Source: a virus
DNA: 64,000 bases
Virus record (IMG/VR): IMGVR_UViG_3300042197_002762
Coordinates: 114,479 to 178,478 of that record
Reading direction: 5' to 3' (one strand)
The translations under genes and the position numbers were made by a program. The notes under the pieces were generated by a model, which searched no databases, was not told the origin of the DNA, and saw only the letters and a program-made list of their open reading frames with translations. Below, one piece after another: positions 29,577 through 38,038 of this stretch (position 1 is the first letter of the stretch; each line of letters begins with the position of its first letter).

Positions 29577-30281
29577 ATGAAAGAATTAATTAATAAATTT
29601 TACAGCGAAAGAGTCTACGCTCAAACCCCTACTAAACTTTGTGAATTTATGAATATGTATGGTAGTGACAAAGGAACGAGGGGTGGCGCAGGAAACTATA
29701 CGAAACTTTATAATTTTTTATTCAAAGATATTGCAAATGATATAGAAAATGTATTTGAAGTTGGTCTGGGAACCAATAATATTAATATCCCTAGTAATAT
29801 GGGTCCGTTAGGTAAACCTGGAGCTTCTTTGCGCGCATGGAGAGAATACTTTCCAAATGCAGAAGTATATGGAGCAGATATTGATAATGAAATTTTATTT
29901 GAAGAAGACAGAATAAAAACCTTTTTTGTTGATCAGTACGATGAAAATTCAATAAAAAGTTTATGGAATAATTTTGAAGGAATTGAATTTGATATTATAT
30001 TAGATGATGGGATACATGATGTTGCTTGGACAGAGAAATCAGGAAATATTAATTTTTTTAAAAATTCTATTCAAAAATTAAAACAATCAGGATTTTATAT
30101 AATTGAAGATGTAGCTTGCGACCATGATGGGGAAATGATTTCTCCTAAAGTTTTAAATTTTGTAAAAGATTTAAAATCAGGAGTTTATGGAATTTTTGAG
30201 TTTGCGGAACTTATTAAAACACCTGCATTCAAAAATAAAGAAAATTTTAGAAATACTCAATTAATTTTGATAAAAAAATAA
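29577..30281 (+). CDS. class I SAM-dependent methyltransferase-like protein
   Basis: FEVGLG, YGADID, DIILDDG and YIIED motifs. Confidence 0.75.
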   Translation: MKELINKFYSERVYAQTPTKLCEFMNMYGSDKGTRGGAGNYTKLYNFLFKDIANDIENVFEVGLGTNNINIPSNMGPLGKPGASLRAWREYFPNAEVYGADIDNEILFEEDRIKTFFVDQYDENSIKSLWNNFEGIEFDIILDDGIHDVAWTEKSGNINFFKNSIQKLKQSGFYIIEDVACDHDGEMISPKVLNFVKDLKSGVYGIFEFAELIKTPAFKNKENFRNTQLILIKK

Positions 30282-30290
30282 AAAGGTTTC

Positions 30291-32093
30291 ATGCACAAAA
30301 AAATAGGAGTTCAGTCTTGTTGGGGGTTTGGAAATTTTCTTTTCGTAACCTCTTTGGCTTTATCAAATATACGACAAAATAAAAGAAGTAATGAGTTATC
30401 AATAATAGAACACGGGAATTGTGGCTATGATTCTGAAAAAAAAAGAAATAGATTCGTGTCAGATTATTTTTTAAATTTATTTACTCCAAAATTAAATATT
30501 GAAGTTATTGAGAAAGAAGAAAATTTTTATAAAGATGACCCTAGCAACTTCCTTTATAAAGGTTTTAATTTTCAATATAACCTAGACCAACATAAAGATT
30601 ATATAATAGATTGCCTTCAGTTCTCAGAAAAATCAGAACAATTATGCGATGAATTTCTTAATAAAATTCATTATAAAGATGAAAATAAACAATACATATG
30701 TGTTAATATTAGAGACGGTGATTTTAAATCATATTATAATAAAATAGATGAAACTTTAGATCCAAATATTTTTATTGAAATAATAGATGCATTAGATAAA
30801 GAATTACCAATTATTGTAAATATCATTCCACAAGAAGAAAAAGAAAAATATAAAAAAATATTTGAAAAATATATTAACAGAATTTATTTTTGTAACATAG
30901 ATTATCCTATGTTTTTACCAATAATAGCGAAATCAGATTATTGTATTATTGCTAATTCTACTTTTTATTGGTGGGGAGCTTTTTTAAATAAAAAAGGTAA
31001 AATATTTTATCCAGATCCATGGTTTCGTGTTTTCAATCAAAAAATGTGGATTCCAAATGGGTGGGAAAAAATAGAAAATAGAATAAAAAGAAAAAATACC
31101 ATAATTCATGTTGGTGCGCATCATGGTAATGAAATTCCTAATTATAAAAAACTATTTGATAGAATAATAATGATAGAAGCAGATCCAAACAGTTTTTTAG
31201 TATTAAAAGAAAAATATCAAAAAGAAACTAATATAGAATTAATCAATATAGGAATCTCCGATAAAAAAGAAAATATACCTTTTTATAGAACATCTAACGA
31301 ACAATCAAGCTCTTTTTTCAAATTAAATGATCCACATATAAAACAATTTCCTTATGTTCAACAAACAGATACAATAAATATAGAGACCGATACTTTAGAT
31401 TCGATAATTAAACTTGATGGTCGTAATAATGTATTAGTTATAGATGTTCAGGGGGCTGAACTAAAAGTTCTCAAAGGAGCTTTAGAAACATTAAAAAAAG
31501 TTAATGAGATACGGCTTGAGATAAATTACGAAGAAACTTATAAAGGCGGCTGTTTAATGTACGAAATAGATGAATTTCTTTATAATAATGGATTTAAAAG
31601 AACAGTCGCCAATTTCGGGGGCTGCCAAGGTGAAGCAACTTATATTAAAAATAAAACAATATTTAAAAATATTGATATAAATACTGATTGGATAACAATT
31701 TTTGATTCTGATGATCCAAAAAATTGGATGGAGAAGTCTTTACCCTTAATATTTTGGATAAAAAAACATTCAATAAAAACGGATAAATTAAAAATAGAAG
31801 CAGTGGGTGTCTCAGAAGAAATTTCTATAGCATTAGAAGATTTAGGTAAAATAACGCCTGAATGGAATGGATATGGTTATTTTATTTGGAATGCTTTTCA
31901 TTTGGGGGCAACAAATAAAATACAAACAGAACAAGGTAAAATAATTATATCTGAAAAAGATGGGTCATACATCGGTGGTACAGGTTTTGGGAGAGTCCAT
32001 TATGTTGGAGATAAACAAGGATATTCTGTAAATGGAACGAATATAGAAAAAACAAATTTTAAAATATCTCTACACAAAAAAATTGACTTCTAG
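30291..32093 (+). CDS. fusion: GT11 alpha-1,2-fucosyltransferase + FkbM methyltransferase + C-terminal domain
   Basis: GFGNFLF, NIRDGD and IANSTFYWWGAFL (GT11); HVGAHHG and IDVQGAEL (FkbM). Confidence 0.8.
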   Translation: MHKKIGVQSCWGFGNFLFVTSLALSNIRQNKRSNELSIIEHGNCGYDSEKKRNRFVSDYFLNLFTPKLNIEVIEKEENFYKDDPSNFLYKGFNFQYNLDQHKDYIIDCLQFSEKSEQLCDEFLNKIHYKDENKQYICVNIRDGDFKSYYNKIDETLDPNIFIEIIDALDKELPIIVNIIPQEEKEKYKKIFEKYINRIYFCNIDYPMFLPIIAKSDYCIIANSTFYWWGAFLNKKGKIFYPDPWFRVFNQKMWIPNGWEKIENRIKRKNTIIHVGAHHGNEIPNYKKLFDRIIMIEADPNSFLVLKEKYQKETNIELINIGISDKKENIPFYRTSNEQSSSFFKLNDPHIKQFPYVQQTDTINIETDTLDSIIKLDGRNNVLVIDVQGAELKVLKGALETLKKVNEIRLEINYEETYKGGCLMYEIDEFLYNNGFKRTVANFGGCQGEATYIKNKTIFKNIDINTDWITIFDSDDPKNWMEKSLPLIFWIKKHSIKTDKLKIEAVGVSEEISIALEDLGKITPEWNGYGYFIWNAFHLGATNKIQTEQGKIIISEKDGSYIGGTGFGRVHYVGDKQGYSVNGTNIEKTNFKISLHKKIDF

Positions 32094-32119
32094 TGTAAAT
32101 AATAATATTATTTTTTAAT

Positions 32120-32299
32120 ATGGAATGTCAAAATAATAATTCTTGCGGGGCTGGTAAAGGTGACAAACCCAGAAATTGTTTTTCGCAGAAATATCGTGAT
32201 AATTATGACTCTATAAATTGGAATAAAAAAAATGAAAAAAATCAAACTAATACTGACGTTGCTCCTCCTCCAAAACGTGGGCTGTCAACATTTAGATAA
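32120..32299 (+). CDS. small hypothetical protein (GKGDKPR motif), 59 aa
   Basis: Read manually: MECQNNNSCGAGKGDKPRNCFSQKYRDNYDSINW.. GTGTAA upstream. Confidence 0.6.
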   Translation: MECQNNNSCGAGKGDKPRNCFSQKYRDNYDSINWNKKNEKNQTNTDVAPPPKRGLSTFR

Positions 32300-32501
32300 A
32301 ATACAAGTAAAAGGGGAAATTACGGGAACTAGATACAGTAGCCAGCAATTTACTAGAGGTAAACATATTATTTCTGCAATTTATCCAATCACAGACAGGG
32401 TTAATATTAAAGGTAAAATGGCTCAACCTTATATAAGTAATCATTCAATGGATGTGGGTATGCCAGATTACGGAGAAACAGGATTAGAAATTTTATTTTA
32501 A
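32232..32501 (+). CDS. putative lipoprotein
   Basis: MKKIKLILTLLLLQNVGC signal with lipobox-like Cys. Confidence 0.55.
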   Translation: MKKIKLILTLLLLQNVGCQHLDKIQVKGEITGTRYSSQQFTRGKHIISAIYPITDRVNIKGKMAQPYISNHSMDVGMPDYGETGLEILF

Positions 32502-32559
32502 AAAGTGTTGACAAACTTATAAAATAAGTGTATAAAAGTAATAGTTCTTTGAAAACAAT

Positions 32560-32898
32560 TTGTTAGCAAACCGCTCACTAAGAGCAGAGATGCTAACAAT
32601 GGTGGTGTGGCGATGAACAACCAGTAAAATTGGGGTCGCCTTTGAATAAGGTATGCAACTCTACCTCCATATTTCCGTGCTTACATGCACGGAGACTTCT
32701 AGAAGCAATATGGTTCCACAGTGAATAAGCTGCCAGACATGCTGGTCAAAAAAGAAGAGCGCGGGTTCTGGGTAAACCGAAGGCTGTATGTGCCAAAACT
32801 CATGTATAAATGGTTTGGTGTTCTGCGGCTACTGAATGGGTAGCCAATGCCGTAAAAGGCGCAACTTTTACGGTCCAAAGTGCGATAAAAACACCAAG
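32560..32898 (+). ncRNA. uncharacterised structured ncRNA (~340 nt) upstream of tRNA-Met
   Basis: No long ORF, GC-richer than flanks, many hairpins; upstream TTGACA (32508) and boxA-like GTTCTTTGAAAA (32544-32555). Confidence 0.7.
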
Positions 32899-32905
32899 TT
32901 TTAAT

Positions 32906-32978
32906 TGCAGGATCGACAAGAGGTTAAGTCAGTAGGCTCATAACCTACCATGCGTGAGTTCAAATCTCACTCCTGCTA
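32906..32978 (+). tRNA. tRNA-Met(CAT), initiator-like 1:72 mismatch
   Basis: Anticodon arm GTAGG-CTCATAA-CCTAC, T-arm GTGAG-TTCAAAT-CTCAC. Confidence 0.88.
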
Positions 32979-33005
32979 TTATTTATCTTAAATCAATTAT
33001 ATATT

Positions 33006-33853
33006 ATGATTATATCAAAATTAATGGGGGGGCTAGGAAATCAAATGTTTCAATATGCTTTTGCAAGAAACTTATCTCTTAAATTTAACACGCCATTAAA
33101 AATAGATTTATTGCGATTAAAAAAAGAACGGAAGAAAGTTTTAATTCTAAAACAGGACCTAGAAGAGATTACGATTTAAATGTATTTAATGTTTATGAAG
33201 ATTTTGAAATCAATCCTCAAAAATTAATAACAATCTCTGAACCCCATTTTCATTATAATAAAGATTTAATTGATATTATTGAGAAACTTATTCGTAATGG
33301 TTACGATATTCTTTTAAGGGGGTATTGGCAAAGCCCCCACTACTTTAATGAAAATGAATCACAGATCAGACAAGATTTTAAATTTAAAAATAGTATTTTT
33401 AATGAAGAGGGTGATATAAGTAAATTATTAAATAATATAAATTCTAAAAATTCTGTAATGATCAACATACGAAGGACCGATTATTTACAAACATCTTTTT
33501 TTGGCGTTATGGGGTTAGATTATCTAGAAAAAGCAAAAAAGATAATTGAATCAAAGATTTCAGATCCTCACTATTTTGTTTTTTCAGACGATATTTTTTG
33601 GTGCGAAAAAAATATTAAATTTCCAAATATGTTTTTAGTTGATCATTCTTATAAGGGGCGTAAATTTGAGTATTATTTGCAGTTAATGTCCCAATGCAAA
33701 CATTTTATTATACCAAATAGTACTTTTGCTTGGTGGGGCGCTTGGTTAAATAATGATAATAATAAACTAGTAATAGCTCCGTCCAAATGGTTCACGAATT
33801 GTGATATAAATACTAAAGATCTAATACCTTTTAAAAATTGGATTCGTATCTAA
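33006..33853 (+). pseudogene. GT11 alpha-1,2-fucosyltransferase interrupted by a -1 frameshift
   Basis: Frame 0 gives MIISKLMGGLGNQMFQYA; the -1 frame continues to GYWQS, NIRRTDY and IPNSTFAWWGAWL. An A7 run sits at 33119-33125. Confidence 0.8.
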
Positions 33854-33898
33854 TTAAATGTATTTGACTATTCATAAAAATTATAATAATATCAAAAC

Positions 33899-34159
33899 AT
33901 GAACAACACAATTGATATTCATAGTCGTAATACCCCTACAATTCATCAAATGCGGCGCGCGGGTTGGAAAGTGCGCGTAATTCATGGTAAAATGGAAACC
34001 CCTCTTTCAGATCGTTTTACTCGTATTGAGTTGACAAGTCCAGAAGGCAAAGATTCAACTGGTACGGCCTATTGTAGTAAAGTGGATCAGTGGAATCGTA
34101 AATTGGGTAATCGCATCGCACTTGGTCGTGCACTTAAAAATTATTCTACTGTAAATTAA
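33899..34159 (+). CDS. conserved phage hypothetical protein
   Basis: CSKVDQWNRKLGNRIALGRAL motif; TTGACT promoter at about 33864. Confidence 0.55.
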   Translation: MNNTIDIHSRNTPTIHQMRRAGWKVRVIHGKMETPLSDRFTRIELTSPEGKDSTGTAYCSKVDQWNRKLGNRIALGRALKNYSTVN

Positions 34160-34164
34160 TGTAT

Positions 34165-34235
34165 TGCCCTCTGGTGAAACGGTATCACGGGACCCTTTGG
34201 AGGTCTTTTTCTACGTTCGAATCGTAGGGGGGCAG
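34165..34235 (+). tRNA. tRNA-Gln(TTG)
   Basis: Acceptor TGCCCTC/GGGGGCA, loop CTTTGGA. Confidence 0.88.
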
Positions 34236-34278
34236 CTTTTAGGTTGACTCGTCTTTAAAATGATCATATCATAACTCT

Positions 34279-34500
34279 ATGAAAACAAATACAGACAAAG
34301 ATGGTATTTTCTTTATGTTTATTTACTGCCTTGGCTTTTTAATTATGCTATTAGCAATCGTTTCATTAAAAGACGATGTTCGTAATTTAAAAACAGAAAC
34401 AGACGAATTGCGCCTACTTTTTAATCAAAAGTTTTTGCAAGAAATGACTGTAAGTAGACCAGAAATCAGAGATCTAACTTATAGAAGATTTGAATTTTAA
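34279..34500 (+). CDS. single-TM hypothetical protein
   Basis: TM helix; promoter TTGACT-N17-TATCAT (34244-34272) 6 nt before the ATG. Confidence 0.55.
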   Translation: MKTNTDKDGIFFMFIYCLGFLIMLLAIVSLKDDVRNLKTETDELRLLFNQKFLQEMTVSRPEIRDLTYRRFEF

Positions 34501-34503
34501 AAA

Positions 34504-34575
34504 ACTCCTATAGTTCAATGGTTAGAACGGCCTGTTTATAACGGGCGAATCTTGGTTCAACTCCAAGTGGGAGTA
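34504..34575 (+). tRNA. tRNA-Ile(TAT)
   Basis: Acceptor ACTCCTA/TGGGAGT, arm GCCTG-TTTATAA-CGGGC, T-arm CTTGG-TTCAACT-CCAAG. Confidence 0.88.
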
Positions 34576-34593
34576 TAGTTTGTGTAATAATAT

Positions 34594-34773
34594 ATGATGA
34601 ATATAAAAGATACTTCCATATATAAAGAATTTTTGGCGCAAAAAGAAGAAGTGATGAAACATAAATGGTACGAAAGTGAACGTGCTGGACGTGATGTAGG
34701 TTTTGCTTACGCTATAATAGATTGGACAATTAAATTTAAAAATAAATGGATTAAAGAAAGAAAAAAAAAATAA
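34594..34773 (+). CDS. small DUF4032-like protein, 59 aa
   Basis: Read manually: SIYKEFLAQKEEVMKHKWYESERAGRDVGFAYAIIDW. GTGTAA upstream. Confidence 0.7.
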   Translation: MMNIKDTSIYKEFLAQKEEVMKHKWYESERAGRDVGFAYAIIDWTIKFKNKWIKERKKK

Positions 34774-34774
34774 T

Positions 34775-34847
34775 GTTGCTTGTGGTGTAACGGTAAGCAT
34801 TACAGATTGTGATTTTGTCGGTGAGGGTTCGATCCCCTTCAAGCAAC
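34775..34847 (+). tRNA. tRNA-His(GTG)
   Basis: G-1:C73, acceptor TTGCTTG/CAAGCAA, loop TTGTGAT. Confidence 0.9.
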
Positions 34848-34898
34848 CCTCAAAAAATTATTTGACATTTAATTCAATCTTCACTATAATAATAGACT

Positions 34899-35003
34899 AT
34901 GAAATATATTATTCTATCAATCCTTGTTGTTGCATTGACGGCATGTGCTTCTAAAAAGTCTTGCCAGCCTTGCGGAAAAGCAACTGTTTGCGCTGTTAAA
35001 TAA
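34899..35003 (+). CDS. small Cys-rich lipoprotein, 34 aa
   Basis: MKYIILSILVVALTAC lipobox; TTGACA-N17-TATAAT at 34862-34890. Confidence 0.7.
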   Translation: MKYIILSILVVALTACASKKSCQPCGKATVCAVK

Positions 35004-35028
35004 ATTAATTTAAAAGCGTAAACAAGAG

Positions 35029-35059
35029 TAGCAGGCTAGAAATAGTCTGCTATTTTTTT
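35029..35059 (+). terminator. intrinsic terminator
   Basis: TAGCAGGCTA-GAAA-TAGTCTGCTA followed by T7. Confidence 0.75.
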
Positions 35060-35060
35060 A

Positions 35061-35131
35061 GCGGGATTAGTTTAGTGGTAAAACCGGACTCTTCCAAAGT
35101 CAAGATGCCAGTTCGATTCTGGCATCCCGCA
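35061..35131 (+). tRNA. tRNA-Gly(TCC)
   Basis: Acceptor GCGGGAT/ATCCCGC, loop CTTCCAA. Confidence 0.88.
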
Positions 35132-35135
35132 TTTT

Positions 35136-36383
35136 CTAGAGTTGGCTTGTAAACTTAGATATTATTCCAGTTACACCGCTAAAAGAAGCAACAAATGGTG
35201 GTAAGTTTTTCCAATTAGAATTGTCTACTATCCCAACAATATTAGCGTCTTTTGAAGAGGCGATTTTTAAACTATTAATCGAAGAACGTGTATTTTCATC
35301 AAAAACTGGAACTCTGCCAGTTAATTGAGAAGGAACGTTTTGTAATAATTCCCATGGTTGATCATTATATTTGCCATAGACTAACTTTGGTTTTGAGACA
35401 TCTAGAAGATCATCTTTAACGCCTACCGCAAATTTAATTATGTTTCCATTTATTTCTGATATACTAACGCTTCTCCAGTATTGCAAATCACCTTCTGTGC
35501 TCCATGTAACACCAGAATCATTACTGGACCAAATATAACCCAGGTCATTTCTTACAGCAATCATATTTTTTCCGTCTTTGGAAATTCCTAAATCTCTCCA
35601 GTTTCCAGTAACTGAAGAAGAATTTATTATACCTGAAAACCAAGAATTACCAGAGTTATGGCTAACAATAATTGGGCCATTTTCTGCTGCGATGGCTTGA
35701 ATTTTAAAATCACTGGAGACATCTACCAACTCCCAACTACCAGTGGGAACTCCAGAATTTATTGACCAACTAACTCCAGAGTTACTACTAATTCTAGCTC
35801 TGACATTATTTGAACTGGTAGCGCCATCACTTAATACTATAATTTGGAATTTACCATCTGAAGACATTGCGACATCTCCAAGATAAGCACCATGCCAGAA
35901 ATCCGAGAAAGTAACACCGGAATTTGCACTTCTTTGGGAATAAAGGCCAGGAAATTTTTGTATTATAGTCATACATTTTAAATCATCTGAGACGGCAATT
36001 CTTTTATTGAGAGAATTGCTACCACCATCTGGAGCATTTGGGCTGATACTTAACCAAACCCCCGTACCAAAGTCAGTATTATAAAAAAATCGTTGGCTAG
36101 CGAAAGGATAAACAACATGATTTTTACCACTACCAACTATTTTATAATCATAAAAATAACCAGTAATAAGTTGAGAGCTAAAACCAGAAGCCGTACCAGA
36201 AACAAAATTATTAAAAGAAATATCTATAGATGATTCTGTCACTGTATTATAAAAACTATTAGTTTTAACAGCAGAACCCGAAATCAATTCGATATTATTA
36301 TTTACATTTTCTAAATCTTCAGAAATTAATCTTCCGACAGGAAGTCCTAAGCGTTTATAAATTTGTGGTGATAAATTACTCAT
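35136..36383 (-). CDS. BNR/Asp-box beta-propeller protein (tail/receptor-binding-like)
   Basis: Repeated SxNSGxSW/SNDSGVTW motifs; GTGTAA lies 8 nt upstream. Confidence 0.75.
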   Translation of the reverse strand: MSNLSPQIYKRLGLPVGRLISEDLENVNNNIELISGSAVKTNSFYNTVTESSIDISFNNFVSGTASGFSSQLITGYFYDYKIVGSGKNHVVYPFASQRFFYNTDFGTGVWLSISPNAPDGGSNSLNKRIAVSDDLKCMTIIQKFPGLYSQRSANSGVTFSDFWHGAYLGDVAMSSDGKFQIIVLSDGATSSNNVRARISSNSGVSWSINSGVPTGSWELVDVSSDFKIQAIAAENGPIIVSHNSGNSWFSGIINSSSVTGNWRDLGISKDGKNMIAVRNDLGYIWSSNDSGVTWSTEGDLQYWRSVSISEINGNIIKFAVGVKDDLLDVSKPKLVYGKYNDQPWELLQNVPSQLTGRVPVFDENTRSSINSLKIASSKDANIVGIVDNSNWKNLPPFVASFSGVTGIISKFTSQL

Positions 36384-36447
36384 ATTAAATATTACACATA
36401 AATAGTTGATTAATATATAAAAATATAATTATTGTGTAATTATATAA

Positions 36448-37599
36448 ATGATTAATACATATCAAGAAGGGGATGAAAAATTTCCCACATTATTTGGATT
36501 TAAAACAGATAATAAATTCGCAGCAAGCGCTTTAAATACAGTTTATGGTATTGTAATGACTGTATCTATTGCTTTTGCCTATTACGCATTAAGCTTAATT
36601 TTAGTTGGGTGGCCGATGATAATGACCTTTTTAGCAGCCTTGGCTGTAGTAGGCTTACCTTATTGCATTAAAATTATTTTATATGGCCGCAAAGAGTTTA
36701 CTTTAAAGATGGCATACTTATGTATTGCTATTAGTATCCTTCCTACAATATTTGATTTTATTGGTTTTTATGCCAAAACCAGCGTTAGACAATCACTTGT
36801 AGAAACAAAGTTCGAAGTTCTTGAAAAAATCAATTATTTTGACAAAGAAGCTAGAGATAGTATTACTAAAAATATAATTCAACTAGACCAAAATTTTAAT
36901 GCCCAATTAGTAGAAACTGACAAAAAGTTTAACGAACAAAAAGCCGAATTAAGTAAACAAGTATTAGATGCGGAACAAACTTATATAGATGAAACACAAG
37001 GAGTTCAAGGCAGATCTACAAGTGGTCGCATTGGTGTTGGACCAAAAGCTAAAGAGCTTGAAGCAGAATGGCGTAGGAAACAAGCAGAAAAAAATTTAGC
37101 GGTAGAAACGCTAGACTCTAATAAAAAGCGCGAGATAGATCGCATTACAAAAGATTATGAGACGGAAAAAAAATCTCTTGAACAAGGTATTACGGTTATT
37201 GATGAGTTGACCAAAACAGGAAAAGACTCTGGTATTGTTATTGAAGTGACTAAAGCAGAAACTTTTGACCAATTAGCGGAAACTCTAATTCGTTTAAATA
37301 GTTCTATTAATGTAATAAGTTCTAAATTAAAATTAGAACCAGAGTATATTAAATTTTCTACTGAGAATATTATTCAATTATCTTTCGGCGCACTAATGCG
37401 TTGGGAAATTACTGCTGTAATTTGTTTTGCGCTCGCGGTTCTTTTAGAAATTGTTGATACAATTATTGTATATATGATACGTGGCGTAAAACGTAAAAAT
37501 GAAGAAGAAAAGATACAAGAAGAAAACGTTACTCAACAAGAAGTTCCACATGTAGATATTCATCTTGACAATAAGAAAAAAATTGTTAATGTAAGATAA
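36448..37599 (+). CDS. multi-TM + long coiled-coil protein (DUF4407-like)
   Basis: Three N-terminal TMs, DETQG..GRIGVGPKAKELE, one C-terminal TM. Confidence 0.65.
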   Translation: MINTYQEGDEKFPTLFGFKTDNKFAASALNTVYGIVMTVSIAFAYYALSLILVGWPMIMTFLAALAVVGLPYCIKIILYGRKEFTLKMAYLCIAISILPTIFDFIGFYAKTSVRQSLVETKFEVLEKINYFDKEARDSITKNIIQLDQNFNAQLVETDKKFNEQKAELSKQVLDAEQTYIDETQGVQGRSTSGRIGVGPKAKELEAEWRRKQAEKNLAVETLDSNKKREIDRITKDYETEKKSLEQGITVIDELTKTGKDSGIVIEVTKAETFDQLAETLIRLNSSINVISSKLKLEPEYIKFSTENIIQLSFGALMRWEITAVICFALAVLLEIVDTIIVYMIRGVKRKNEEEKIQEENVTQQEVPHVDIHLDNKKKIVNVR

Positions 37600-37602
37600 G
37601 TT

Positions 37603-37893
37603 ATGTATAATATTCGTATGGAATATGGTATCGTTAAAACAGTTGCTCCAGATCAACAATTAATTAATTTAATTGAGTCAATGGGTAGATGCGTTAGAGA
37701 AACAGAGTGTCATTTTAAATATAGTCGATGGAATCGTTTAGTTGAAATTTATTACTATTTGAGATATGGTCTTCTGGGAATGGCTTGGATTAAAATAAAT
37801 GATTTGCGCGATGATTTGCGTTGGAGAATTCCCAGTGATGTTTATCATACTCTCAAAGATATCTGCAAAGATATGGACGTTAAGATTGCCTAA
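37603..37893 (+). CDS. hypothetical protein
   Basis: 96-aa ORF abutting tRNA-Asn. Confidence 0.5.
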   Translation: MYNIRMEYGIVKTVAPDQQLINLIESMGRCVRETECHFKYSRWNRLVEIYYYLRYGLLGMAWIKINDLRDDLRWRIPSDVYHTLKDICKDMDVKIA

Positions 37894-37965
37894 TGATGCG
37901 TAGCTCAATGGTAGAGCTAGCGGCTGTTAACCGCTCGGTTGTAGGTTCGAATCCTACCGCATCAG
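37894..37965 (+). tRNA. tRNA-Asn(GTT)
   Basis: Acceptor TGATGCG/CGCATCA, arm AGCGG-CTGTTAA-CCGCT. Confidence 0.92.
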
Positions 37966-37981
37966 TTTTTTAAAAAAATAT

Positions 37982-38010
37982 TTGACAAAGTAATCAAAGT
38001 ATTATATGAT
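37982..38010 (+). promoter_or_regulatory. sigma70-like promoter of the RuvC-like gene
   Basis: TTGACA-N17-TATGAT. It covers the ATGs at 38006 and 38009, so the true start is probably 38039. Confidence 0.7.
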
Positions 38011-38038
38011 GTATTTATCCTATTTAATTAGGATAACT

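Noticed and set aside
32560-32898. RNase P RNA
   Set aside because: It has CCACAG and GGTAAACC look-alikes but lacks GAGGAAAGTCC and the 3' ACAGAA..CGGCTTA P4 strand.
34522-34842. 106-aa minus-strand ORF
   Set aside because: It is antisense to two tRNAs and the DUF4032-like gene.
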